Below are positions 1 through 9,306 of a stretch of DNA of 34,520 nucleotides, one piece after another. The first letter of the stretch is position 1. Every line of letters starts with the position of its first letter. The position numbers were made by a program, and so were the translations under genes. Under the pieces are notes generated by a model that was given only the letters and a program-made list of their open reading frames with translations, had not been told where the DNA came from and searched no databases. This DNA comes from Bdellovibrionota bacterium. GTDB lineage: Bacteria; Bdellovibrionota_C; UBA2361; JBGSMV01. The DNA is taken from NCBI GenBank assembly GCA_041739995.1, contig JBGSMV010000065.1, positions 1 to 34,520 on the forward strand, written 5' to 3'.

Positions 1-199
1 GAAAATTACGGGCAAAACCTCTGACCTTCAAACGAATTTTCAACCTGTTCTGAAAATCCACGCCCTAAATGTAAAAAGTTCCAATTCTTACTATTAATTC
101 TTAAATTATCGAGGTTTGATGCTGGCTTTTCGGACAGCCTCTTAGGGCTCGGTGGACACGGAGGAACGTTTAGCATCCTCCGCGACTCCGATAGATCAC

Positions 200-553
200 C
201 TACCCAACGAAGAGCTTAGAAACTACTTCCTTCACGCCTGAAACACCCTGGGCTATCTCTATTGCCTTAGCCGCTTCTTCGGGAGTCTCAACTACGCCCT
301 TTAGGGTAATAACTGCTTTGAAGCTATCGACGTTAATGTCCAAGCCTGACACTTCTGAGTCTGCGAGCAGCTTTGATTTTACCGCTAAAACGAGGCCCTG
401 ATCGTCCACCGTTTCTTTGGCAGTTCGCTCATCTTGAGACAAGATGTAGCCAGCTTCTGTCCCCGCCCCGGCGGCAAGCAACAAGCAGCCAGAAACAGAA
501 AAACCCACCGCCCCGAGAAGTACCGAAATCCAGACAAATTTAAGAGCCTTCAT
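200..553 (-). CDS. BON-domain (OsmY-like) lipoprotein
   Basis: Signal peptide ending in lipobox VSG-C. The C-terminal part D..L...VKSKLLAD..V....INVDS..AVITLKG.V......KA..IA..VSGV..V...L matches a single BON domain. Confidence 0.85.
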   Translation of the reverse strand: MKALKFVWISVLLGAVGFSVSGCLLLAAGAGTEAGYILSQDERTAKETVDDQGLVLAVKSKLLADSEVSGLDINVDSFKAVITLKGVVETPEEAAKAIEIAQGVSGVKEVVSKLFVG

Positions 554-689
554 GCTTTTCTCCGTTCGTATCGTTTTGGTGGGACCTTAGTCCCACCGAT
601 CAAATTAGACCCTGCAGCAACAACCGATTCGCCGCGACCGTGGGACGATGAAGCGTAACAAGGTTGAAGCGAGAGAGGAACTGAAGCTG

Positions 690-1469
690 CTAGAACGCCA
701 CAGGGGCGGTCACCGTCATTACCAGGCGAGGTCCCTCTCCTGGAGGAGTACGATGAATCCAGCCCTGCCTCTTGAGCGCTGGATCAAACAGTTTGATTGC
801 AACCGTCGCATCGACAGGCACCGAACGAATTGAAGCACCTTCAACCAAAAGGTCCCTCACTTTGTAACCGCTGACTCCCTCAGCATATCCTTCGAACATC
901 GACTGGGAAGAAAGCTCCTCAGGGTGAATGAACTGAGTCGGAGCTCCCGCATATACGTGAATCAGCCGCACCGCGCTGCGCGCTCCGTCCGATCCGTCCA
1001 CATGAAACTTTCCGGAATGTGTCCCTGAAGACAGCTGAACCGTGACTCGATCCTCGCATGCGTGGCGTCTAAGAATAGCAAGATGAAGCGCAACATCCAT
1101 CAGCAATGCGTCTCCGCTTCCCGATCCGGCGTGAACTCCAAAAAGATCACACAATTCAGCTCGCACCGCCGAGAAGGTGCCACTGACACGTTCATCTAGC
1201 TTTGGACCGGCACCGGACTCGATCTGTCGACGAATTCCTCCTAAACTAGGATCAACTAGCTGCTGAGGGGCAATGCAAGCCAGGACTCCAGGTTCGCCAA
1301 GGGCTTCCATGATTTCGTGAACAGACCCCACCGTGCGAAGAGCTGAACCTTGACTCTCCAGAGCCGAAGGCCGCACTGGCACAAGGCTTTCAAGCCCACT
1401 GGGATTTAGCGCTACCGCTGAAGGCATTTCGATTAAATTTTCGTCAGGAGGCTGGAGCACTGCGTTCAC
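690..1469 (-). CDS. DUF1826-like protein (2OG-Fe(II)/cupin-like fold)
   Basis: Motifs KFHVD, RLIHVYAG.PTQF, WIHRTPP and RLVMT resemble the DUF1826 pattern (FHvD...RL..TY.G..T...HRSP...RL). The GTG start is uncertain. Confidence 0.6.
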   Translation of the reverse strand: MNAVLQPPDENLIEMPSAVALNPSGLESLVPVRPSALESQGSALRTVGSVHEIMEALGEPGVLACIAPQQLVDPSLGGIRRQIESGAGPKLDERVSGTFSAVRAELCDLFGVHAGSGSGDALLMDVALHLAILRRHACEDRVTVQLSSGTHSGKFHVDGSDGARSAVRLIHVYAGAPTQFIHPEELSSQSMFEGYAEGVSGYKVRDLLVEGASIRSVPVDATVAIKLFDPALKRQGWIHRTPPGEGPRLVMTVTAPVAF

Positions 1470-1781
1470 TCACATTCAAATTTGAGGGAGACGGAGAGTA
1501 CTCATTGGCGAGCCGCTAATCAAACGATTCGACTGCCCCCCCCAAAGAGAGCGGGTTGTTAGAGACGGCGTTCGTACGCCAAGAGTCTGCTGCCTGCGGA
1601 CGCAGCAAGCGGTAAAGGCACCTGTTTCAGCGCCTTTTAAGGGCAATCGGAACGGGATCCGCGCACTCCCCTCTTAGGCCACCTCGCCTACTCGCACGCA
1701 GACCCAGCAAACTCTAGCCACATTCCACAATCTGGCTCCACCCAATTCCCTCGTGACCACCGCTTGAGCTAGACTTTCAGC

Positions 1782-3224
1782 ATGCACGGAAACCTTCCTC
1801 ATTCTGAGCCAATCTCAGAACTTGGCCTTCGAATTTTCTCCCGCATTGGGGCCACTCGCCCGTCTGCCTTCTCGCTTAACAGCTGGGCCACCAAGCTCAT
1901 GACGTGGTCCATGAAAGATCCTCGTTTTAAGGTCAACCTGTTTCGGCTCGTCGACGTTCTCCCTCAACTGACTTCCTCCGGCAGCGTGGCCTCGCATGTC
2001 CGCGAGTATCTCCGAGAGGACCTGGGGCGAATTGGAAGCTTTGGGTTGGGTTTTCTTGGCGCCCTGGCCCAATGGGGACTGGATGGGGCTCCGCACTCTT
2101 TAAGAGCAAAGCTTGTCGCGAGTCAGGTAAAACTCTCGGTTGAGCGCATGGCGCGCCTATTTATCGCTGGCGAGCATCCCCAAGACGCCCTCGACGCATT
2201 ACGCTCACTTCGTCGTCAAGGCCTGTGTTTCACCGTCGATCTGTTAGGTGAATTCTGCGTAAGTGAGCAGGAAGCGGAACAGTACCTCGGACGCTACATC
2301 GAAGCTCTCGATGTCATCGGCGCGGCAAGTCGCGTTTGGCCCGAACGCCACTCTATTATTAAAGGCCATCCTGGGGAGAAATCTCCGCTTTGCGTCTCAG
2401 TCAAACTCACTGCGCTCTATTCTCAGTGCGGTGTTCTGAACTTCAAGCGCTCAGTCGATATCCTTTCAGAGCGCCTCAGTATGATCGTGCGCAAAACTCG
2501 CAGCTTTGACGCCCAGGTGTACGTAGACGCTGAGGATACCGGCAACAATCCAATCGTCTACGAAGTCTTCGAAAAAGTGTTCGGTTCTTCCGAGTTCAAG
2601 GACGTGCCCTACCCCGGAATTGTCATTCAAGCCTACGCGAAAGGGGCGAAAGATGTGGTCACGCGTCTGATCGCATTTGCGCAAAAACGAGGCACTCCAA
2701 TCGCGGTGCGCTTGGTAAAGGGCGCATACTGGGATCAAGAAACGATTCTTTCCGCACAGAACGGATGGGAATCTCCCTTATTCACGCACAAGCAGTCATC
2801 TGACGCGAATTTTGAACTGCTCACACGCCAGCTGATGGACAACGCCACAGATGTATTACCGGCGATTGGGTCACACAACATTCGCTCTCTCGCTCACGCA
2901 TGCACATACGCCGAGCTGATCGGACTTGATCGAAAGCGATTCGAGATTCAAGTGCTGTACGGAATGGCGGAGCCGATTGCGCAGGCATTCCGAGATGAAG
3001 GTCACTTGGTGCGCATGTATGTTCCACTCGGCGATCTGCTGATCGGAATGGGGTACCTGGTGCGAAGACTGCTGGAAAATACCTCCAATGAGTCGTTTCT
3101 TAGACACACCTTCTTCGACGCGAGTCAAAGCGCTCGCCTTCTCGCTGAACCACAATTTCACCAAGAGGATTTGGTAGAGCTGGAAAATCCGCATAGACCT
3201 ACTCTTAGTCAAAAATGCGCTTAA
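1782..3224 (+). CDS. putA: Proline dehydrogenase (PRODH half of a split PutA)
   Basis: PutA-type N-terminal arm FKVNLFRLVDVLP, then FTVDLLGE, SVKLTAL, VDAED, RLVKGAYWD, GSHNIRS, EIQVLYGM and YLVRRLLENTSNESF. Confidence 0.9.
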   Translation: MHGNLPHSEPISELGLRIFSRIGATRPSAFSLNSWATKLMTWSMKDPRFKVNLFRLVDVLPQLTSSGSVASHVREYLREDLGRIGSFGLGFLGALAQWGLDGAPHSLRAKLVASQVKLSVERMARLFIAGEHPQDALDALRSLRRQGLCFTVDLLGEFCVSEQEAEQYLGRYIEALDVIGAASRVWPERHSIIKGHPGEKSPLCVSVKLTALYSQCGVLNFKRSVDILSERLSMIVRKTRSFDAQVYVDAEDTGNNPIVYEVFEKVFGSSEFKDVPYPGIVIQAYAKGAKDVVTRLIAFAQKRGTPIAVRLVKGAYWDQETILSAQNGWESPLFTHKQSSDANFELLTRQLMDNATDVLPAIGSHNIRSLAHACTYAELIGLDRKRFEIQVLYGMAEPIAQAFRDEGHLVRMYVPLGDLLIGMGYLVRRLLENTSNESFLRHTFFDASQSARLLAEPQFHQEDLVELENPHRPTLSQKCA

Positions 3225-3249
3225 CCTTGAGAGAGCTTGGAGAACACAC

Positions 3250-4830
3250 ATGCCCACCGCCAAACCGTTCAGTAATGAGCCGCTAACCGATTTTACCATT
3301 TCAAAGAATCGCGACGAATTTTCCGCAGCCCTGCGACGCCTCGACCAGCAACTCATCAAAGGCCCGCTGGAAGCGGCACCGCTAGTGAGCGGAGTGGTAC
3401 GATCTGAAGGCGTAAAGTTTGAGCGAGTCGACCCGAGCAACGCAGTGACCCTGGTCGGCCGAGTGACTTTTTCCAGCAGTGCTTTGGCTGACACGGCGGT
3501 GCAGGGGCTAAGATACTCCCTTTCTTCCTGGGAGAGCACTCCTGTTGCCACCCGTGCCGCAGCGCTGCGCAAAGCCGCTGCACTGATGCGGGAACGTAAG
3601 CACTATTTATCTGCGATGCTGGTTCGTGAAGCCGGCAAGTCCTGGAGAGAGGCCGATGGTGATGTCGCAGAGGCCATAGATTTCTGTGATTACTATGCTG
3701 ATGAGGCCGAGCGAGTACTTACCGTGCGCCAAACCATGGAAGTGCCGGGCGAAGACAACGTCTACTTCTATCAGCCTCGCGGCGTGTGCGCAGTAATTGC
3801 TCCTTGGAATTTTCCGTTAGCTATCGCTTGTGGGATGACCGTCGCTGCTCTCGTTTGTGGCAATACCGTAGCTCTAAAGCCGGCGGAGCAAACCTCCGTG
3901 ATTGCGTATGAGCTGGTGCGCATACTTTTCGAAGCAGGAATTCCACCGACCGCACTGGCATTTTTGCCAGGAATCGGGGAAGAGGTGGGACGCACGCTCG
4001 TCGAGCATCCGTTAGTAGACATGGTCGTGTTCACCGGATCCAAAGCGGTCGGCCTTGAAATAATCCGAAGCTGCTCTGAAGTGAGACCCGGTCAAGCGAA
4101 CATCAAGAAAGTCGTCGCCGAGCTCGGCGGAAAGAACGCCATCATTGTAGATAGCGATGCTGATTTGGATGAGGCAATTAAGGGAATTCTAGCCTCCGCT
4201 TTTGGATTTTCAGGCCAGAAGTGTTCGGCATGCTCCCGGGTGATTGCGGTGGGTGCATCATACGAACCGCTCATGACGCGACTCCAGGCCGCCGCCGCAG
4301 ATCTTATCGTCGGCCCAGCTTCAGAACCATCAACCCTGATTGGCCCAATCATCGACCAAGAGAGTCAGCAAAGAATTATCGCTACGATTGATCGCGCCGA
4401 ACAAGAACAACGCTTGCTCTTCCGCGGCAGCGCTCCTTCTGAGGGATACTTCGCTCCTCCGGCAATTTTTAGAGACGTAGATATTGAGAACTCACTTTGG
4501 ACTGAGGAAGTGTTTGGCCCAGTGGTCGCTTGCACCCAGGCGCGCGACTTCTCGGATGCTCTAGACCTTGCAAACCGATCAAAGTACGCACTGACCGGAG
4601 GAGTCTTTAGCCGTAGCCCTCAGAACCTCGAAAGGGCCCGCAGAGAGTTCAGGGTGGGAAATCTCTATTTGAATCGTGGGTGTACCGGAGCGCTGGTCTG
4701 CCGTCAGCCCTTTGGCGGATTCCGTATGTCGGGAGTGGGTTCCAAGGCTGGAGGCCCAGACTATCTGCTCCAGTTCCTCGAGCCCCGTACCGTGACGGAG
4801 AACATGCTCCGGCGAGGCTTCGCGCCCTAA
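3250..4830 (+). CDS. pruA: L-glutamate gamma-semialdehyde (P5C) dehydrogenase, the GSALDH half of a split PutA
   Basis: Starts PFSNEP..DF. ALDH motifs IAPWNFP, KPAEQT, FTGS, ELGGKN, GQKCSACSR, EEVFGP and the family signature GSKAGGPDYLLQF. GGAG RBS at 3239-3242. Confidence 0.92.
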   Translation: MPTAKPFSNEPLTDFTISKNRDEFSAALRRLDQQLIKGPLEAAPLVSGVVRSEGVKFERVDPSNAVTLVGRVTFSSSALADTAVQGLRYSLSSWESTPVATRAAALRKAAALMRERKHYLSAMLVREAGKSWREADGDVAEAIDFCDYYADEAERVLTVRQTMEVPGEDNVYFYQPRGVCAVIAPWNFPLAIACGMTVAALVCGNTVALKPAEQTSVIAYELVRILFEAGIPPTALAFLPGIGEEVGRTLVEHPLVDMVVFTGSKAVGLEIIRSCSEVRPGQANIKKVVAELGGKNAIIVDSDADLDEAIKGILASAFGFSGQKCSACSRVIAVGASYEPLMTRLQAAAADLIVGPASEPSTLIGPIIDQESQQRIIATIDRAEQEQRLLFRGSAPSEGYFAPPAIFRDVDIENSLWTEEVFGPVVACTQARDFSDALDLANRSKYALTGGVFSRSPQNLERARREFRVGNLYLNRGCTGALVCRQPFGGFRMSGVGSKAGGPDYLLQFLEPRTVTENMLRRGFAP

Positions 4831-4898
4831 TTCGCACACGGCCGGCCTTGCCATTTGCATTATATTGAATATTTTCAGATATATAAGTGCATTTTGGC

Positions 4899-4925
4899 GA
4901 ACTTTCTCCAAAACGCCTCGTCTTT
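4899..4925 (+). promoter_or_regulatory. Putative sigmaE/ECF-type promoter upstream of the Cys-rich secreted protein
   Basis: GAACTT (4899-4904), N16, then TCTTT preceded by G. Same spacing as the sites at 16070 and 17651. Confidence 0.5.
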
Positions 4926-5006
4926 GCGTAGCAATCCACTCAGGAGTACGCTCTGGCCTCACTACAAAGCTACCAAGACCATTGCGCCACTATAAAGGAG
5001 TGTCCG

Positions 5007-7121
5007 ATGCCTAGTTCAGCTACCATTACTCTCTTCAAGAAAGTATCAGTTCGATATTTGCGTCTATTCAAACGCTGTTATTTTCAGTGCGTGAAATTCT
5101 GTGGATCGCTCACTAAAGGAGCCGCCCTTTCGCTGATCCTTCCAATCCTGCTGGCTACAACGACTCAGGCCCAAGAATACCAGTGGCGCTTAACGGATCC
5201 GATCCCTCAGCCAACGTGCCCCAATCACCCCCACCCAGATTGCTATTGGTACGGCCAAGGGCCTCTTTCTCAGCCCAATCAACAGAACCAGCCCTCATTT
5301 CTGATTAAGAGTATCGTTTCAACGTTTGACCTAGACACCAATCGTTGGACCTTCGAAGTCGTGATGGGTGACAATCCCGCACTGCCTGACACTGTAATTC
5401 CTGATTCTTACTGGATGGCCCTCAATCATGGCCCAATGCCTTCGAGTCCGGGGCGAGTCTCCATGTTCTATTTTGATGGAACGGATCCAAGCCAGCCAAA
5501 ACTTACTGTGTATGCCTACAATGCCTCACACGCACTCTTCGACCGCAGTTGGTTGGACGGAAGCAATGCGGCCGGCATTCAGGCACCTGACCGAGTCTGC
5601 ACCTCACTCAGCACTACCCCTTGTGGCGCGTGGGTCAGCACGGCAACCGTAGAGGACCTGCCAAGTGGGGACAGAAAATTCTCATTCGATGTCGATGCGA
5701 CCTCAATCTTGAACCACACTCCCGCATACGGCGAGGTTCCCACGCTTTGGCACCGCCCAACGACCGGCTCAACTCCTCGTATTTTTGATCAAGGCATTGG
5801 CATTTGGTTTCATGTCGGACTCGGGAGACAGTACGGGTACGGACCCGATGGATATATTTCTCAGGTTGAAGAAGCCCCGAACGCTGGGTACTACGATGCT
5901 GACTGGCTCAATACCAACCGCACCCCTGAGTGCGAGACAAACATTACACTCACACAGATTCGCCCGGGCGAGGTCTCCTCGTTTTCAATAACCGGGACTG
6001 ATGTTGGGGCGAGCACGCCACCTTTGGCCATAGCTTCTGGAGATATTCCTCCGGTTTCCTGCTCTCAGCAGTCCGTTGGATTGGATACCACCCGCGTTGA
6101 TTGTTCTCTGGTAGGCCCGGCAGTCTCCTCTCCTACCAGTTACCAAGTGTCAGTAGACTTTACGGATCTCGAAGGTGCCACCAGCACGTGCAGCGCCGCG
6201 GTCACCGTGGTTAACTCCCCTCCCACCTGCTCACTCACCGTTGTGGCTCAGAACCCTCAGCAGATTGTCTGTGAAGGCGAAACTACAACTGTAGCAGTTG
6301 ACGTGGTGAGCTCCGATCCTAATATGGATCCAATTATTCAAACTCCATCGATTGTTTGCTCAACTGGCCAGTCCTCAGTGATGGCTCAGAGCCCAAGCTC
6401 CCTGGTAGCCTCCGCTACAGGGCCAGGATTTGGAGAGCAGACGAACTGTACCGTGACTCTCGAGGTGTCGGATGGAATTACCTCTACCTCCTGCCAGGCC
6501 TCCTTCAGCATTGCCCCATGCGTTCTAGACTGCCTCAATGAACCCAATGGTACAGCCCAGCTTGACCAATGCGGGGTTTGTAACGGGACCAATGAGTGCG
6601 TTGATTGCGCGGGAACTCCCTTCGGAACCGCTGTCGAAGATCGCTGCAATGTGTGTAACGGTGATGGGCAAAGCTGTCTTGAATGTACGCCAATCGAAAA
6701 TATCGGCACGCAAAGTGCACTCGATACCGCTGCCATGATGCTAAATAACCTTGTCCGAAGCGGCGCAGGCAAACTGCGACTTGTTGAGGGCAGAAATCCT
6801 CGCACTCGCCGCTTTATCCGTAACGTTACCCGAGCAGCGAACGAAGCCTACCAAAGAGCGTGGAGCGCAATTTGGTCCGTGCCCAGTGCCGGTGTCGCGT
6901 GCACCAATGGCTTCTGCGTTACCGTAAGCAACCTAGATGCCGTGGTTGCCTACGATGTGGCAATCACTGACTTGAACGCAGCGATCGACTCCGTGATTAA
7001 ACGCTTAGGAAAGGCAGGCGCACGACGAAAGAGAAACCATCTCCGAATGAGACAAGCTACGGCCAACCAATCGGTCGAGACCGAACGCAGCGCGATAGTG
7101 ACGTCATTCTCTAGCTGTTAG
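5007..7121 (+). CDS. Secreted multidomain Cys-rich surface protein (beta-sandwich N-domain, two Ig-like modules, DCxGxxxG...DxCxVCNG repeats, helical C-domain)
   Basis: AAGGAG RBS at 4995-5000. Signal-like segment ending TQA-Q. Modules starting NRTPEC and NSPPTC. Two Cys-rich repeats, then a basic helical tail ending in Cys. Confidence 0.75.
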   Translation: MPSSATITLFKKVSVRYLRLFKRCYFQCVKFCGSLTKGAALSLILPILLATTTQAQEYQWRLTDPIPQPTCPNHPHPDCYWYGQGPLSQPNQQNQPSFLIKSIVSTFDLDTNRWTFEVVMGDNPALPDTVIPDSYWMALNHGPMPSSPGRVSMFYFDGTDPSQPKLTVYAYNASHALFDRSWLDGSNAAGIQAPDRVCTSLSTTPCGAWVSTATVEDLPSGDRKFSFDVDATSILNHTPAYGEVPTLWHRPTTGSTPRIFDQGIGIWFHVGLGRQYGYGPDGYISQVEEAPNAGYYDADWLNTNRTPECETNITLTQIRPGEVSSFSITGTDVGASTPPLAIASGDIPPVSCSQQSVGLDTTRVDCSLVGPAVSSPTSYQVSVDFTDLEGATSTCSAAVTVVNSPPTCSLTVVAQNPQQIVCEGETTTVAVDVVSSDPNMDPIIQTPSIVCSTGQSSVMAQSPSSLVASATGPGFGEQTNCTVTLEVSDGITSTSCQASFSIAPCVLDCLNEPNGTAQLDQCGVCNGTNECVDCAGTPFGTAVEDRCNVCNGDGQSCLECTPIENIGTQSALDTAAMMLNNLVRSGAGKLRLVEGRNPRTRRFIRNVTRAANEAYQRAWSAIWSVPSAGVACTNGFCVTVSNLDAVVAYDVAITDLNAAIDSVIKRLGKAGARRKRNHLRMRQATANQSVETERSAIVTSFSSC
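6519..6690 (+). repeat. Coding Cys-rich tandem repeat (2 units)
   Basis: LDCLNEPNGTAQLDQCGVCNGTNEC and VDCAGTPFGTAVEDRCNVCNGDGQSC. Confidence 0.7.
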
Positions 7122-7344
7122 GTCCGCGGTCGAGGCTAAAGTTTCTCTTCTCGCTGTGGGAGCTCGTCCGCCGGTCCATGGGAGAGCTCGCGCCTGCGCG
7201 CGTCATACGACCTAGAACAATTGCCTCTCTCGGCTAGTTATTTCTGGGTCGTTCATAAACAGATCGGCTGTTCGCTCTCCTTCAATGGGGTTTGACTAAC
7301 TCCCCGGCTTCATCCAAAGATCAGCATCTAGGTACAGGTGTACA

Positions 7345-8496
7345 ATGGATCTACACGCGTCGGGCTCATCCCGACGAGAGTTTATATCTCAACGACTTCA
7401 GCGCCTCCGTCACGAAGAGAACCCCGAGACTCGCGCAAACTATGCTCTCGAGGTACTCGATAGCGCTCTTCTTGGAATACAGGGCCCATACTTCGATTTT
7501 TGCCCCGATGACGTTAGGCAGCTGCGTTCTATTCTTCAGAATGCAGGTCTCCTTCTGCTCGATCCCAGTAGAGCGGATAAACTGGAAGAGCTTGAACGCT
7601 CCACCACGCTCTCCTTTCCCCCTGCAGCTGAGATATGCCCTCTTCTCCGTCTCAATCGAATGAGCGTGCAATGGCTTGACGAACTCTCGCCGGCAATTCT
7701 TAACAGTTTCGCGTCTCCACCCCACCAGGTCGGGCATTTTATCGAGCAGCTACACCCCACCGCCCCGGCGTCGGCCGACTTTGAACTATTTAATCCGATA
7801 CGTGTTACCGAATTTTTAAAGCGCGTCCAAGAACGCTGCGAAGTTCCTGATTTTCGCGTCGCCATCCTTCGGGCCGATATCGAGTTCCCCTCAGGCAAAA
7901 TCTGGCGGGACCACCCACTCCACGCCATCTCTTGCTTTACTTACCAGGGCAATCTGCAACTTGGTTCCTTCTTCGGTTCCTGCTCAGGACTTCTGCTGCG
8001 ATACTTTAAGCATGTTCCTTTCGAACACCTACACTCTGCAGTGCAATCACTCGTTAATCCGTTTCTTCTCAAGTTTGATGCGGAAAGCACAACTATTGGG
8101 ATCCCCGCGCCAGCAGTGCTCGATCTCGCGACGAATACCTGGAAAGCGTTGGATCGCCCTCCATCGACCGATGGTCTGACTTACCGGACCCTGTGCGCCA
8201 AACCATTAAACTTCCAACTAGTCACCCCTCAGCTCTTTGACGAACCTGCCGTTGTTGAAGGGGGCTCGGTCGCTCAGCACAACCATTACTTCTACAGAGG
8301 CCCCGAGCACCTGTGGAACGACCCAGAATTCGTCCGCATCATCACCAATATTCGCGGGGTACGCCGTGAGATGCGGGTGGAAGCCCGAGAGGGAGGTGGC
8401 TTTTTGCCGGTTGAAATTGACAGAGATCGGGTACGCAAGGATTGGGCTCGAGAGTTCTTGGCGCAGTATTTTGATGTAAGAAGAACTCCCAAGTAG
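7345..8496 (+). CDS. Hypothetical cytoplasmic protein (383 aa)
   Basis: Long ORF with AGGT upstream, 30 bp before the racemase-like gene. No family recognised. Confidence 0.6.
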   Translation: MDLHASGSSRREFISQRLQRLRHEENPETRANYALEVLDSALLGIQGPYFDFCPDDVRQLRSILQNAGLLLLDPSRADKLEELERSTTLSFPPAAEICPLLRLNRMSVQWLDELSPAILNSFASPPHQVGHFIEQLHPTAPASADFELFNPIRVTEFLKRVQERCEVPDFRVAILRADIEFPSGKIWRDHPLHAISCFTYQGNLQLGSFFGSCSGLLLRYFKHVPFEHLHSAVQSLVNPFLLKFDAESTTIGIPAPAVLDLATNTWKALDRPPSTDGLTYRTLCAKPLNFQLVTPQLFDEPAVVEGGSVAQHNHYFYRGPEHLWNDPEFVRIITNIRGVRREMRVEAREGGGFLPVEIDRDRVRKDWAREFLAQYFDVRRTPK

Positions 8497-8526
8497 CATA
8501 ACGCACTCAATGCGATTAGGAATTCA

Positions 8527-9291
8527 ATGCGGATAGGGATTTGCAGTCCAGGCTTAGGCCTACTTTCATTATGCATTCAGGTTGCTAAGACTCTGTCGCC
8601 AGGAGAGATTGTTCTCTACTGTGACAACGCCAACGCTCCCTATGGCAGTCGTCCCACCAGCGAAGTTGCCCGGCTGGTCCAAAAGATGCTGGAAGCCCCA
8701 GAAATTAGGCACTGCGATGTGGTAGTGCTGAGTTGCAACACCAGCTCTTTGAGCTTGCCTGCGCTCTCACCTCCAGTGCACACCATTGGCATCATAGAGC
8801 CCACAATATCGGCGATTCAGAGGCAATTTACCCACACAGACTCAGTCCTACTGCTTGGCACCAATGCGACAATAGATTCTGGGCACTACCAGAGGTCACT
8901 GCTTAAAACTGGCGCCCGAGTGTCTGCTGTCGCAATTCCAAAACTTGCCGCGGCGATCGACCAAGGCGATGTCGCTGCGCAAAAGCAGGCTATCGCTGAC
9001 TCACTAGACGGAGTCACCATTGACTGCTCTTCGGTGCTGCTGGTGTGCACGCACTTTCCGCTGGCTCAGCCAGCCTTAGAATCCTATCTTTCCGACCGAC
9101 TCGGCCACGCTCTTCAATTCTTTTCTCAGGAGCAGTGGGTTTGCGAAGAGCTGCGGGTTTTAACCCCGCAACACGGAACTCAAACGAACATTAGATTAAC
9201 TCTCACGGCGCCATCGCCTTTCATCGAGAGAACAATACGGGGCCGTTTGAAGATTGATTCCGTGGTGACCTTATCAGGCGGTCCGCATTAG
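8527..9291 (+). CDS. murI: Glutamate racemase-like protein (Asp/Glu racemase family, divergent)
   Basis: D..NAPYG.R, VLSCNTSS, GIIEP, LLGT.AT..SG.Y and LVCTHFP, so both catalytic Cys are present. The N-terminal FDSGxGG motif is degenerate. Confidence 0.72.
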   Translation: MRIGICSPGLGLLSLCIQVAKTLSPGEIVLYCDNANAPYGSRPTSEVARLVQKMLEAPEIRHCDVVVLSCNTSSLSLPALSPPVHTIGIIEPTISAIQRQFTHTDSVLLLGTNATIDSGHYQRSLLKTGARVSAVAIPKLAAAIDQGDVAAQKQAIADSLDGVTIDCSSVLLVCTHFPLAQPALESYLSDRLGHALQFFSQEQWVCEELRVLTPQHGTQTNIRLTLTAPSPFIERTIRGRLKIDSVVTLSGGPH

Positions 9292-9306
9292 AAATACGTT
9301 CTGAAT

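Noticed and set aside
56..82. Minus-strand GGAACTTTTT as a fourth sigmaE promoter
   Set aside because: No GTC/TCT -10 element at the N16 spacing, and the target gene lies outside the window.
149..191. Hairpin CGGAGGA/TCCTCCG downstream of the BON gene as a terminator
   Set aside because: The stem exists, but there is a 10-nt loop and no U-tract on the minus strand.
605..630. Minus-strand GAATCG-N15-TCTAA upstream of the BON gene
   Set aside because: Poor -35 match and different spacing; too weak to call.
2871..3572. 233-aa antisense ORF across the putA junction, and other short antisense or overlapping ORFs in the track
   Set aside because: They are shadows of well-supported genes, with no motifs or RBS.
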